Positions 8,676 through 18,640 of a stretch of DNA of 64,000 nucleotides are shown here, piece by piece. The translations under genes and the position numbers were made by a program. The stretch comes from an uncultured Gammaproteobacteria bacterium (GTDB taxonomy: Bacteria; Patescibacteriota; Microgenomatia; Daviesbacterales; UBA10151), in assembly GCA_964394855.1 (NCBI GenBank), contig CAYMZD010000001.1, positions 120,107-184,106 of the forward strand, read 5' to 3'. The notes under the pieces were generated by a model. It ran no database searches. It had not been told where the DNA came from and saw nothing but the letters and a program-made list of their open reading frames with translations. How positions within the stretch are numbered: position 1 is the stretch's first letter; each line of letters begins with the position of its first letter.

Positions 8676-9113
8676 ATGCTCAAATTAACCAAAGTTTTAT
8701 CAACCAAAACATTTGTCATTTCCCAAACTTTAATTCTTTTTCTTTTCCTAATCCTTTTAGGAGGACTTCACTATATTGTTAATATCCAGTATCAGAAACC
8801 GACCAAATATTCACTGCTGGGCCCCGTGACTACCAAACCGGTTTCCTTCACACTGGAAGTACAAAATCCAGACGATAGCTCCCTGGTTTTTCAGAAAAAC
8901 ATACTGATCTCTGGTAAAACTAACCCCAAGCTGCCAGTTCTTTTAAGTAGCCAATTTAATGATCAAGTCATTGAATCAAGGGAGGATGGTACTTTTTCCA
9001 GTGAATTTAGTCTGAAGGAAGGTGTCAATGAGATAAAAATTGCAGTTTTCAATGCCACTGGAGAAGAGCGGTCACTTCAAAGAACTGTCTACTATTCAAA
9101 GGAAAAAATATGA
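8676..9113 (+). CDS. Membrane-anchored Ig-like domain hypothetical protein
   Basis: N-terminal TM; ISGKT...DGTFS...LKEGVNEIKI beta-rich pattern. Confidence 0.65.
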   Translation: MLKLTKVLSTKTFVISQTLILFLFLILLGGLHYIVNIQYQKPTKYSLLGPVTTKPVSFTLEVQNPDDSSLVFQKNILISGKTNPKLPVLLSSQFNDQVIESREDGTFSSEFSLKEGVNEIKIAVFNATGEERSLQRTVYYSKEKI

Positions 9114-9781
9114 GAAAATTTTTTTATATAATTATTATAATATTTATAAATTTTATAATTTTTATTCCAGCTTCTGCGCAAGCTATAGAGTCTACCCCTT
9201 CTGCCTCCATCCAACAAAAATTAGATATGCTCAAACAAGCTGTTGCTTCCAAAGCAGCCAAATTAAAACAGGAAATAAATGATAAACTGCAGAACAAAGC
9301 TTATGTGGGAATTATCAAATCTATGTCCATATCATCTATCACCCTAGCCTCTGAAACCAATACCAAACTAGTAACTGTCAACCAGGATACAGTTTATGAA
9401 GGAAAAAGACCAAAAGAGGAAAATTATATTGCCGCCTTGGGGGATATAGATGAAACAGCTACCTTAACTGCCAAAAAAGTGGTGCTTCTTTCTTTAGATG
9501 TCAAGAGCGAACAAGCCAAAACTTATCTTTGGGGCCAAATAATTTCCACTTCTGACGAACTGATAACTTTAAAGGATAAAGAATCTAAAATTTTATCAGT
9601 ATCCACTGCCAAAATTAATACTAAATTTAAAAACGGCGATTTTGTGATTATCACAGGTTACCTGAGCAAAAATAAGATCTTGGAAGCCAGTTTCCTCCAT
9701 ATCATTCCCCAAGGAGTAATTCTTAAGCCTAAATTTAAAGAATCCACCCCATCCGCCACTAAATCAGGTAAATCTAGCTAG
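9110..9781 (+). CDS. Secreted hypothetical protein with OB-fold-like repeats
   Basis: Signal peptide, STPSA motifs, two repeated beta-rich modules; overlaps the upstream stop. Confidence 0.65.
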   Translation: MRKFFYIIIIIFINFIIFIPASAQAIESTPSASIQQKLDMLKQAVASKAAKLKQEINDKLQNKAYVGIIKSMSISSITLASETNTKLVTVNQDTVYEGKRPKEENYIAALGDIDETATLTAKKVVLLSLDVKSEQAKTYLWGQIISTSDELITLKDKESKILSVSTAKINTKFKNGDFVIITGYLSKNKILEASFLHIIPQGVILKPKFKESTPSATKSGKSS

Positions 9782-9877
9782 TTGGAAAAGGTAATATAAT
9801 ATGTTAAAATTGTTAAAACATTTCTTTCCTACTAAGGTCAGGTAAGTTTGTTAAACGAGAAAGAAGAAAAGTTTTAT

Positions 9878-10552
9878 ATGTTTGAATTAGAACAAAGAAA
9901 ATTGAGGCTGGGGATGCCAAAAGAAAACCGTTTGACAGTTAATTCCGAAGAGCTTCTTAGGAAAGCTGGCCTCAGGTTTAGAAGTCCCACCACAGATGGA
10001 AGATTACGCGTACCAGTGGCGAATCTCCCAATAGATCTTTACTACTTCAGAAGCCGCGATATGGTCAGGGTCATGGAGAGAGGCGCCATTGATTTAGGCA
10101 TCAATGGCGAGGATACAGTTGCAGAGTTGGGAAAAGGAGTAACAGAGGTACTTCCTTTAAATATTGGTGAGTGTAGACTGATAGTTGCAGTCCCAAGAAA
10201 ATCCGGGTATAAAAGTGTTGAAGATCTAAATGGCAAGGAGATCGCCACTCCTTATCCGCACCTTGCTGAAAGATTTTTCCAAGAGAATGGTGTCGATTGC
10301 GAATTTTACTATCAAAGAGGTTCCCTGGAGATTACCCCTAGATTGAGGTTAGCAGAGGCCATATTTGATATAACTAACACAGGTCGAGCAGTGAACAGAC
10401 ACAGATTAAGGGAACTAGCTGAAGCTAGACCAGTTCAAGCCGCCTTGTTCGCCCGTCCAGGACTAGAAATAGGTTCTGAAAGGATAGCATGGTTTATAGA
10501 TCTGTTAAGAAATACGGTTTTAGGTAGCCAGCCGGAATTGGCTAGTGAGTAA
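9878..10552 (+). CDS. hisG: ATP phosphoribosyltransferase, short form
   Basis: LGMPK, IDLGINGED, LNIGECRL, IATPYP, GSLE..P, IFDITNTG; no C-terminal regulatory domain. Confidence 0.85.
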   Translation: MFELEQRKLRLGMPKENRLTVNSEELLRKAGLRFRSPTTDGRLRVPVANLPIDLYYFRSRDMVRVMERGAIDLGINGEDTVAELGKGVTEVLPLNIGECRLIVAVPRKSGYKSVEDLNGKEIATPYPHLAERFFQENGVDCEFYYQRGSLEITPRLRLAEAIFDITNTGRAVNRHRLRELAEARPVQAALFARPGLEIGSERIAWFIDLLRNTVLGSQPELASE

Positions 10553-10565
10553 AAGTTTGACAAAA

Positions 10566-10594
10566 TTGACGAACTTAGTTTTTGGTAGTATAAT
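10566..10594 (+). promoter_or_regulatory. Sigma70 promoter
   Basis: TTGACG-N17-TATAAT. Confidence 0.75.
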
Positions 10595-10600
10595 AACGTT

Positions 10601-10770
10601 TACAATTGAATATTTAAAAAGCGTTTGTACTGGAGTCACGATCCAGGAGTTGATCCCCAAAATGGGATACGGAAAGTTCGAAGCCGTATAAAGAAGAACA
10701 GTCAGTGTCGGATTACGGAGCTGGCCTAATTGGTAAATTTAGTCCACAAGACCCGTAAGGGTCTTTTTTT
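10601..10770 (+). ncRNA. Candidate structured non-coding or leader RNA, family unassigned
   Basis: Lies between a consensus promoter and an intrinsic terminator; several hairpins (CTGGA/TCCAG, ATCCC/GGGAT, ATACGG/CCGTAT, GTCAG/CTGGC); only a very short ORF. Confidence 0.45.
10748..10770 (+). terminator. Intrinsic terminator
   Basis: AAGACCC-GTAA-GGGTCTT followed by a T run. Confidence 0.85.
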
Positions 10771-10804
10771 ATAGATTATTTAAGTTGTGTGTTAGGATAA
10801 AGAT

Positions 10805-11725
10805 ATGCTTAAAGCACCGCCAACACCAAAAGGGTTTAGGGATATCCCACCTCCTCTGGCCAAGAAGAGACGGGAAGTAATCAACAAAATTGCCTCTTGC
10901 CTGGAGGGGGCTGGTTTTGTACCCATTGACACCCCCACGATTGAATTTGCCGAGGTGCTGCTGGGAAAATATGGAGAAGAAGCTGATCGACTAATTTATC
11001 AATTCAAAGATAGAGGTGGAAGAAAATTGGGTCTTCGCTATGACTTAACAGTTCCGCTAGCCCGATATGTGGCTACTTATAATCCCCCTCTCCCTTTCAG
11101 AAGATATCAAATAGGCCAGGTTTTTCGTGGCGAAAATCCCCAAAAAGGCAGATGGAGAGAGTTTACCCAATTTGACATTGACACTGTCGGCTCAAGCGAT
11201 CTGGTAGAGGATGCAAAAATTATCGCCGCAGTCATCAAAGCTGTCAAAGTAGTAGGTTTGGATAAACCAGTCATGATGATAAATGACAGAAAAAATTTCG
11301 AAGGATTAGATAAGGATGTGATCACCACCATTGACAAGCTTGACAAAATTGGTGACAAGGGAGTTACTCAAGAATTAGTAGCTAAAGGAGTGTCCGAAAA
11401 AGAAGCTGTTAACACCCTCAAGGAGATTAAAAATAAAAAGCCCACGCCGGATTTGGAGGAAATTTTTAAATACTTAAAACAGCTGGGCGTTAGGGAAGAT
11501 GAATATCAATTTGTTCCCACTCTGGCACGAGGGCTTGATTATTATACAGGAACAATTTTTGAACTTAAAGTAGGTACATACGGATTGTCTGTTGGTGGTG
11601 GTGGCAGATATGACAACTTAATTGGCATGTTTGTTTACCCCGACAAAGGAGGGGTCAAAAAACAAATTCCAGCTGTTGGATTTGGTTTAGGACTGGACAG
11701 ACTTTTAGAAATTCTCAACTTGTGA
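10805..11725 (+). CDS. hisS: Histidyl-tRNA synthetase catalytic domain only (anticodon-binding domain absent; HisZ-like size)
   Basis: PKGFRD, LRYDLTVP, FRGENPQKGRWREFTQ, RGLDYYTG, GGGRYD, GFGLGLDRL, then stop. Confidence 0.8.
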   Translation: MLKAPPTPKGFRDIPPPLAKKRREVINKIASCLEGAGFVPIDTPTIEFAEVLLGKYGEEADRLIYQFKDRGGRKLGLRYDLTVPLARYVATYNPPLPFRRYQIGQVFRGENPQKGRWREFTQFDIDTVGSSDLVEDAKIIAAVIKAVKVVGLDKPVMMINDRKNFEGLDKDVITTIDKLDKIGDKGVTQELVAKGVSEKEAVNTLKEIKNKKPTPDLEEIFKYLKQLGVREDEYQFVPTLARGLDYYTGTIFELKVGTYGLSVGGGGRYDNLIGMFVYPDKGGVKKQIPAVGFGLGLDRLLEILNL

Positions 11726-11737
11726 TACTTTTAAATC

Positions 11738-12685
11738 ATGACCTCTGCTATTTTTACTAAACCCTGGCCATATCTAGCCTTAATTTTAGCCAATGTAATT
11801 TGGGGAGGTAATTTCGTAGTAGCCAAAATCACCTTGCAGGAGTTCCCCATCTTCTCTTTGGCCTTTTTCCGCTTTGCTTTAGCAGCATTACTATTGGCTC
11901 CTTTTTTTTGGACAGCAACACCCCTTGGAGGCAAAAAGATTGAAATTGACAAGAAAGATTTACCCAGGCTGGTGGCCACAGGAGTGTTGATCATCACTTT
12001 AAATGTGACGTTCTTTTTTGCCGGTATTCAAAAAACTACAGCCATAAATGCTTCGGTTTTAACCTTAATTATTCCCCTTATCTCTGTACTCTTGGGCTGG
12101 TGGTTCTTGCACGAGCATATCTATTTAATAAATATTTTGGGGGTGGTGCTGGGACTCGGGGGAGCAATCATCATTATTGGCCTGCCTCAAATATTTTTGG
12201 GAAGTTTCTCTCCTACTGTTTTAATGGGAAATTTATTAATCATTTTAGCTTCAATTTCCTGGGTTTGGGGAGCTGTCTTGTCCAGACAACTTTTAACGAA
12301 ATATCCTTCACTGACAGTAACAGCTTTTGCCTTTGGGGTGGGGGCAGTAACTTTTCTGGTACCGGCAATCAATGAGTATTTACAAAATCCCGGTTGGCCA
12401 GATAAGGTGAGTATGCTGGGGATATTGGGGCTAACTTACATGATTTTATTATCCTCTATTTCCGCCTATTTTTTGTTTGAATGGGGCCTAAGTAGGACTT
12501 CTGTTTCCAAAGCTAATCTTTTTCAGTATTTAGAACCTTTTGTGGCTACTGGACTGGCTCTTCTTGTTTTGGGAGAGGTAATTTCCATGCCTTTTTTGGT
12601 GGGGGCGGTTTTAATAGCAGTGGGGGTTTACTGGGGTACTTTGGCTAAAGAAACTCATCACCACCACAAAATCCACAGACATTGA
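11738..12685 (+). CDS. EamA/DMT family transporter
   Basis: About 10 TM; IWGGNF, two EamA repeats, His-rich tail. Confidence 0.9.
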   Translation: MTSAIFTKPWPYLALILANVIWGGNFVVAKITLQEFPIFSLAFFRFALAALLLAPFFWTATPLGGKKIEIDKKDLPRLVATGVLIITLNVTFFFAGIQKTTAINASVLTLIIPLISVLLGWWFLHEHIYLINILGVVLGLGGAIIIIGLPQIFLGSFSPTVLMGNLLIILASISWVWGAVLSRQLLTKYPSLTVTAFAFGVGAVTFLVPAINEYLQNPGWPDKVSMLGILGLTYMILLSSISAYFLFEWGLSRTSVSKANLFQYLEPFVATGLALLVLGEVISMPFLVGAVLIAVGVYWGTLAKETHHHHKIHRH

Positions 12686-12687
12686 TG

Positions 12688-12716
12688 TTGACAGAACTTA
12701 TAATAAGTTGTATAAA
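12688..12716 (+). promoter_or_regulatory. Sigma70 promoter with a palindrome in the spacer
   Basis: TTGACA-N17-TATAAA; AACTTAT-A-ATAAGTT at 12695-12709. Confidence 0.6.
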
Positions 12717-12730
12717 GTAATTACAAAAAT

Positions 12731-13276
12731 ATGTTACCAGAAAGATCAGCCGTAGAGGAAGCCAGAGCTAATATAGCTCGAGAGCGTGAAGCTGTTAGAC
12801 AACAACAAGAAGCAGATAAGCTATTTGCCCAAATGTATATAGATTGTGCCACTTTACTTGAGGGATCACCTGAAAGTAGAGTCCGTGGTAATTTATACAG
12901 AAGATTTTTATTGGGCTTGCCTTTAATAATTCTCGCAAGTTTATTTCCTCCATGGTTTCACCTTAGAAGAATACCAAACATTGATCTAGTAGATTTCAGA
13001 AGAATAACTACTTCACTAAACGGTACCGGTGAACCCATAGAGGTCACTTTACGAAGTGATAATGCTGTTCCCACTAAATTAAAATCTCCTGTTGATCTAT
13101 CTATACCCGGTCTTCAAGAAACATTAAGGATGCATCCCACTCATGCAGATATATTGTCTCCAGATATATATAATAATCCACATTCTGAATATAGTTGTTT
13201 TATTAGGAAAGCCAATTTAATGGATGTTTCCCGTTTTCAACCAGTAGTCTGGGAATTAACCCAACCTCACGCTTGA
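12731..13276 (+). CDS. Hypothetical protein with one TM segment
   Basis: 181-aa ORF directly behind a consensus promoter. Confidence 0.6.
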   Translation: MLPERSAVEEARANIAREREAVRQQQEADKLFAQMYIDCATLLEGSPESRVRGNLYRRFLLGLPLIILASLFPPWFHLRRIPNIDLVDFRRITTSLNGTGEPIEVTLRSDNAVPTKLKSPVDLSIPGLQETLRMHPTHADILSPDIYNNPHSEYSCFIRKANLMDVSRFQPVVWELTQPHA

Positions 13277-13310
13277 TCCTGAATTCAGTTATTGGTATAC
13301 TACACATATT

Positions 13311-13637
13311 ATGAAAGCCAATATTCATCCTGTTTGGTACCCGGAAGCCAAGGTTGCTTGCGCCTGTGGAAATATATTTACCACCGGCTCTACTCTGCCG
13401 GAAATTCGGGTAGAAATTTGCAGCATGTGCCACCCCTTTTTTACCGGCCAGCAAAAGTTTGTGGATACTTTGGGTCAAGTGGAAAGATTCCAAAAAAAGA
13501 CTGAACTAGCTAAATCAAAACAGGCTGAAAGAAAACGTATTTTAGAAGCTAAAAAGCAAAAGACCGAAGAGATCAAAAGAGAAAAACCAACTCTTCGTGA
13601 TCTTCTCATGCAGGCCCGCAAACAAGCAGCGGGATAG
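13311..13637 (+). CDS. rpmE: 50S ribosomal protein L31 (Zn type, C-terminal extension)
   Basis: [21 protein letters not shown]. Confidence 0.96.
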   Translation: MKANIHPVWYPEAKVACACGNIFTTGSTLPEIRVEICSMCHPFFTGQQKFVDTLGQVERFQKKTELAKSKQAERKRILEAKKQKTEEIKREKPTLRDLLMQARKQAAG

Positions 13638-14528
13638 ATGAGCAGTTATATTCAACAACAATTAGCAGAAATTGATCAGAAAATAGCTCAAAATACAGAG
13701 CTGCTAAATGATCCCGAGCTTTTAGATTTAGCCAGGACTGAAATTGAGGAATTAAAAAAACAAAAGGAAGAACTACAAATCTTGAATAATAACTCTACAA
13801 TAGAGATGGACAATAGCTGCATATTGGAAATCCGCTCTGCCGCAGGAGGTGATGAAGCGGGAATTTTTGCCGGTGATTTGCTGCGGATGTATACAAGATT
13901 TGCTCAAAATAAAGGTTGGTTAATAGAAGAGTTAGATCGTTCGGAAGGAAAACTTGGTCAAGTTAAAGAAATTGTCCTCAAAATTAAGGGAAAGGGTTGC
14001 TATAACTATCTTAAATATGAATCGGGAGTTCACCGAGTACAAAGAGTACCCAAAACAGAATCCGGCGGAAGAATTCATACATCAACAGCCACTGTGGCAA
14101 TTTTACCGGAAATTTCCGAAAAAGAAATTTACATTAACCCTAGTGATATTGAATTTGAGGCTTTTCGTTCTGGTGGAGCCGGAGGACAACATGTCAATAA
14201 AGTTTCCACGGCCGTGAGGCTCAATCATATACCAACAGGTATTGTAGTTACTGCCCAAACGCAAAGATCTCAACTACAAAACAGGGATTTTGCCATGGAA
14301 CTTTTAAGATCCAGACTCTGGGATTTAGAGCAACAAAAAACTCACGGTAGCCTAAGCCAGCAAAGAGCCATGCAAGTAGGCAGTGGACAGAGAAGCGAAA
14401 AAGTGAGGACCTACAATTTTCCACAAAACAGAGTGACAGATCACCGAATCGGAAAATCCTGGCATAATTTGGAAGGAATCCTAAATGGCGAGCTTGAAAA
14501 AATTATCAGCGCACTCAAAAGCGCCTAA
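13638..14528 (+). CDS. prfA: Peptide chain release factor 1
   Basis: HRVQRVPKTE (PxT), GGQ motif, RTYNFPQNRVTDHR. Confidence 0.95.
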   Translation: MSSYIQQQLAEIDQKIAQNTELLNDPELLDLARTEIEELKKQKEELQILNNNSTIEMDNSCILEIRSAAGGDEAGIFAGDLLRMYTRFAQNKGWLIEELDRSEGKLGQVKEIVLKIKGKGCYNYLKYESGVHRVQRVPKTESGGRIHTSTATVAILPEISEKEIYINPSDIEFEAFRSGGAGGQHVNKVSTAVRLNHIPTGIVVTAQTQRSQLQNRDFAMELLRSRLWDLEQQKTHGSLSQQRAMQVGSGQRSEKVRTYNFPQNRVTDHRIGKSWHNLEGILNGELEKIISALKSA

Positions 14529-15189
14529 ACAATACATTCAGGGCTGGGTAGAATTTTACAAGTTAAAATTTAAAGTTACTCCTGATGTTTTAATCCCCAG
14601 GCCCGAAACAGAACTTCTAGTTGATGAGGTACTCAAAACTATAAACAATAAACCATATACCATATGCGATATAGGTACTGGTTCTGGAAATATTGCCATT
14701 AGTTTAGCTTGCAACCTGAAAGGTTACAACGTAAATATAATCGCTACTGATATTTCTCCAAAAGCCTTAAAAATAGCCAAGCAAAATGCCAAATTGCATG
14801 GAGTTGAAGATAAAATAACTTTTATTAAAAGTGGTTTGCTAAGTGAAATAGCAAGAAGTGACATAGATATTATGGTGGCTAATCTTCCTTATATTCCTAC
14901 TTCAAGAATTCCCTATCTTGACTCATCAGTCAAAAATTTTGAACCAAAAATTGCCTTGGATGGAGGTCCAGATGGATTTAAAATTTACAGAAAGTTATTC
15001 CAGCAAATCGTGCGGCAACCTTTCAGGTTACTGCCTAAACTTATTGTTTGTGAAATTGATTATACACATGGGGAACTGGCTATAAATGAAGCTTTAAAAT
15101 ATTTTCCCCATGCCCAAGTGGAGGTCAAAAAAGATCTAACCCAAAAACAAAGAATATTAACTATTCAGCAGGCAGCTCTTCCAATGTAG
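14485..15189 (+). CDS. prmC: Release factor glutamine methyltransferase (N-terminal domain truncated)
   Basis: VLIPRPETE, DIGTGSG, NLPY, ALDGGPDG; follows prfA. Confidence 0.92.
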   Translation: MASLKKLSAHSKAPKQYIQGWVEFYKLKFKVTPDVLIPRPETELLVDEVLKTINNKPYTICDIGTGSGNIAISLACNLKGYNVNIIATDISPKALKIAKQNAKLHGVEDKITFIKSGLLSEIARSDIDIMVANLPYIPTSRIPYLDSSVKNFEPKIALDGGPDGFKIYRKLFQQIVRQPFRLLPKLIVCEIDYTHGELAINEALKYFPHAQVEVKKDLTQKQRILTIQQAALPM

Positions 15190-16264
15190 CTGTCATGTTC
15201 AGCTCTTGTCCTTTTCTCCAAACTGTTAGCTCCATTCTAGACCCAATTGAGCTACCTGATACAGCTTCTGCTACTTTATTTTCATTATCCACAGATTTCC
15301 CATTGATTTTGATAATAATATCCCCTTCTTTGACTCCTACCTTTTCAGCTGGTCCCCCTTTCACCACTTCTTGAATAAAAGCTCCTTGGGGAACTTCATT
15401 TAAGATGGCCACATCTTTGGCAATAAAACGATACCTGATCCCCAAGAAAGGTCTGGAAACTGAACCTTTAGCCACAAACTCATCCACAATAGCCTTAACC
15501 GAATTTATGGGGATGGCAAAGCCAATATTTTGCGCTCCTTCTGTGGTGGCTACATTCACTCCAATCACCTGCCCAGCACTATTTAGTAGTGGCCCCCCCG
15601 AATTTCCCGGATTAATGGCCGCATCCGTTTGAATTAAGTTATCTAAACTTTCAAAGCTACTCCCAAAAGGATCCCCTGCCACCACTCTTCTGCCTAAACC
15701 CGAAACAACACCGGTGGTAACAGTGTTGGTAAACCTGCCCAAGGCATTGCCTATTGCTATCACCGTTTGTCCCACTTTTAACTTGGACGAATCCCCCAAC
15801 TCCAGTGGTTTTAAGTTGGGAGCATCAATTTGTATCACTGCCAAATCTAGCAGAGGATCACGATAAATTCTTCTCACCTCATATTTTTGATTATCTTTGG
15901 TGATCACAGTATATTTTGTCCCGCTCTCCGAAACTACGTGTTTATTGGTCACAATGATCCCTTTGCCGGATACTACAAAACCTGTCCCAATGGTACTTTC
16001 TTTGCTTTTGGGCAGAGCGAAAGGATCAAAGGGGTTAATGACTCGCTGCGTTATTCCAATAGCCACCACTGAAGGGGAGGTTTTCTCTACCACCGAGATA
16101 GTGGCATTTTCCTCCTGAATGACAGTTCGGGTTTCCAAAGGTTGAGGCAAACTAATTTTACCTTGGGGCAACAGTCCACGAACTTGGGCCTGATAAAGTC
16201 CCACTGCCACCACTATCCCTAAGAAAGCGGCCAAAATTAAGCTAGAAAATTGAATTTTGGGCAT
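15161..16264 (-). CDS. HtrA/DegP-family serine protease with one PDZ domain
   Basis: TNKHV, TDAAINPGNSGGPL, C-terminal PDZ. Confidence 0.95.
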   Translation of the reverse strand: MPKIQFSSLILAAFLGIVVAVGLYQAQVRGLLPQGKISLPQPLETRTVIQEENATISVVEKTSPSVVAIGITQRVINPFDPFALPKSKESTIGTGFVVSGKGIIVTNKHVVSESGTKYTVITKDNQKYEVRRIYRDPLLDLAVIQIDAPNLKPLELGDSSKLKVGQTVIAIGNALGRFTNTVTTGVVSGLGRRVVAGDPFGSSFESLDNLIQTDAAINPGNSGGPLLNSAGQVIGVNVATTEGAQNIGFAIPINSVKAIVDEFVAKGSVSRPFLGIRYRFIAKDVAILNEVPQGAFIQEVVKGGPAEKVGVKEGDIIIKINGKSVDNENKVAEAVSGSSIGSRMELTVWRKGQELNMTATLEELPAE

Positions 16265-16265
16265 C

Positions 16266-17495
16266 TCAATATTTGACTAACAACTCTAAAGCTTTTTCCA
16301 GTTGTGGATCCTGATCTTTTTCCAAATCCTTGGGCATTTCTATTTTAACATCTGGTTTGAGCCCATCCGTTTCATTAACCCAATACCCTTTGGGGGTCAA
16401 CCATTTGGCAGTGGTAATATGGACTCCAGTACCACCCGGCAATTCTTCCGCCTCCTGGATAGTCCCCTTGCCAAAAGACTGCTCACCCACCAGTTTAGCT
16501 CTTTTTCTATCTTGCAGGGCTCCGGCCACAATTTCTGATGCAGAGGCAGATCCTTTATTAATCAATACCACCATAGGCAGCTTCAGTAATTTTCCCTGCC
16601 TGTTGACTTGATAAGGCAATCTTTCACCTCTTTGATTTTCTTGAAAAACTATCGTTCCATCTTCCAAAAACTCGGAAGCGATAAAAACCGCTCCTTCTAA
16701 AAATCCTCCTGGATTATTCCGTAAATCTAAAACTATTCCTTGTGGAGCTTTACTCAAAACATCCGAAACCGCCTTTTGCCATTCATCTTGGGTTCTCTCT
16801 CCGAAACGTGAAAGTCTCAAAACAGCCATCTTTTTAGCCGATTTTGTTTCTTTTATTTCCCAAACCACACTTTTAACAATAATGGTATCTCGCACAATTT
16901 TATAGTCTTTGGTATCTTCTTCTCCTTCTCTAAAAACAGTCAGGGTAATTTGACTACCCTTGAGACCTCTAATCAACTTCACAGCTTCCGGCAGAGTAAT
17001 GGAGGTGGTATCTTTACCATCAATTTTGATAATTAAATCCTGTGGTTTAAGTCCTGCCCGCTCGGCTGGTGTCCCATCCAAAGGAGCAATCACTACCAGA
17101 CGTTTATCTTTATTAAAACCTAGCTGAATACCCACCCCCTCAAAACTCCCATTCAAGCCCTCTTGAGTGGATTTCTGGGCGTCAGGTGGTAAAAAGACCG
17201 TATAAGGATCACCTATTCCTTGCACCATCCCCTGGATGGCACCATAAAACATCTTAGTAGGATCAACTGCTTTCTTATCCAAATATTCACGGGAAACCAA
17301 ATCCCAAGTATCCCAAAAAAGTTTAAAATCAATATTGATATTTTGGGGTGGTTCTTTGTTGACGATGGAAATGGTGGGACGAAATTTACTCCAAGCAATT
17401 TGCATATCACGGTGTCCGAGCTGCCATCCCAAAACAAAAGTCAAAATGGCCAAAAGGATAGTAAATAAGTTTAAGCGCTTAAAGATATTGTTCAT
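16266..17495 (-). CDS. S41 carboxyl-terminal processing protease (CtpA-like)
   Basis: DPYT, PDZ, LDLRNNPGG, SASASEIVAGAL, GKGTIQ. Confidence 0.95.
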   Translation of the reverse strand: MNNIFKRLNLFTILLAILTFVLGWQLGHRDMQIAWSKFRPTISIVNKEPPQNINIDFKLFWDTWDLVSREYLDKKAVDPTKMFYGAIQGMVQGIGDPYTVFLPPDAQKSTQEGLNGSFEGVGIQLGFNKDKRLVVIAPLDGTPAERAGLKPQDLIIKIDGKDTTSITLPEAVKLIRGLKGSQITLTVFREGEEDTKDYKIVRDTIIVKSVVWEIKETKSAKKMAVLRLSRFGERTQDEWQKAVSDVLSKAPQGIVLDLRNNPGGFLEGAVFIASEFLEDGTIVFQENQRGERLPYQVNRQGKLLKLPMVVLINKGSASASEIVAGALQDRKRAKLVGEQSFGKGTIQEAEELPGGTGVHITTAKWLTPKGYWVNETDGLKPDVKIEMPKDLEKDQDPQLEKALELLVKY

Positions 17496-17497
17496 TT

Positions 17498-18640
17498 TTA
17501 AGAAATTACCTCTACATTAGGAAAGGGAACTTTAATAGTTCTGGATTTAGTTTTTAAAGTAATCATATAACTTCTAATCTGCGATGGCAAAAGAGTGGGA
17601 GTTTTATCAATAGTGATAACTTTTCCCTGTTCTCCCATGAAGGGTGAAGAAATCACCCTGACTGTTTGACCCACCTCAAGCTCTAAAGCCTCTAGCTCAT
17701 CCACTGGTTCTACCAATGAAGCTTCAGAAAACGGCAGATGAGTTTTTCTTATCCTCAACATACAATCAGATTGATATGCAGGACAAATCAGTTTACCTCT
17801 ATTGCCATCAAGAATAACAAATCTGTCTTGATATTTTAATAAAACTAAAAAAATATCCTCCCCAATTGGTATTGAACCAAAACCCTCTGTGATAAAAAGA
17901 CCCAGCCCAATATCAGATCCAAAACTACGTTTTAAGGACATCTCTCCGCCCGACAGCACCTTGTAATCAACAGCATTTATTCCTCCTGTAATTATACCAT
18001 GTATTCCATCATTGATTGCTTGAGAAATGGCTCCACTATAAATTAAACCCCCTCCTACAATAATATGACCAGAAAGTGATTTAGTAATCTCTTTTCTGTT
18101 AATTAAATCTCCTCTTTTACCCAAAATCTTCAACAGCCCATCTCTTTCTCTACCCATACCCAATACCCCATGAAGAATCGTAGCCTCTGTTTTAATAATG
18201 AGTTCACCTCGTTTTTGATCAATTTTCTCCACTACCCCATAAACTGCCGATGGTAGTGATGTCTCGTGAGATAAAAATTTCAATCTCAATTCACCAGAGA
18301 CATCATCATATGAATAAATCACCCCATCTGTGGGAGAGATGACCATTTTCTTACTGCTGAATAAGCTGCCCTTTTTTAAAGCCAGTAGTTCTCCTTGATA
18401 AATTGTCTGTCCCAGCTCTCTCTGCAAATATTTCTTGGCATCTTTGGGTGAAGTGGCCAGAGCCTCTGCAATATTAATGCTTCTAAAACCTGCTGATGTT
18501 TCTGCCTTGCCCAAAATATCTGAAGGAGATACTTCTTGGCCTTCTTGAACAAAAATTACCCCTCTAGTGGATAATTTTCTTTTTATATGAGTGATAATAT
18601 TTTCCTTCACCCTGACTCGTCTGTTAGCAAAAAGGCTCAT
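17498..18640 (-). CDS. Conserved hypothetical protein with barrel-sandwich-hybrid-like motifs and C-terminal KOW
   Basis: VQEGQEV..DILG, SPTDGVI, TEGFG, VGQTVRVISSPFMGEQGKV. Confidence 0.65.
   Translation of the reverse strand: MSLFANRRVRVKENIITHIKRKLSTRGVIFVQEGQEVSPSDILGKAETSAGFRSINIAEALATSPKDAKKYLQRELGQTIYQGELLALKKGSLFSSKKMVISPTDGVIYSYDDVSGELRLKFLSHETSLPSAVYGVVEKIDQKRGELIIKTEATILHGVLGMGRERDGLLKILGKRGDLINRKEITKSLSGHIIVGGGLIYSGAISQAINDGIHGIITGGINAVDYKVLSGGEMSLKRSFGSDIGLGLFITEGFGSIPIGEDIFLVLLKYQDRFVILDGNRGKLICPAYQSDCMLRIRKTHLPFSEASLVEPVDELEALELEVGQTVRVISSPFMGEQGKVITIDKTPTLLPSQIRSYMITLKTKSRTIKVPFPNVEVIS

Noticed and set aside
8618-8719. N-terminal extension of the MBL-fold ORF
   Set aside because: Overlaps the divergent gene at 8676; family similarity starts at MDIYWLG
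10601-10770. T-box riboswitch or His leader-peptide attenuator
   Set aside because: No GGTGGNACCGCG T-box consensus and no His-codon run
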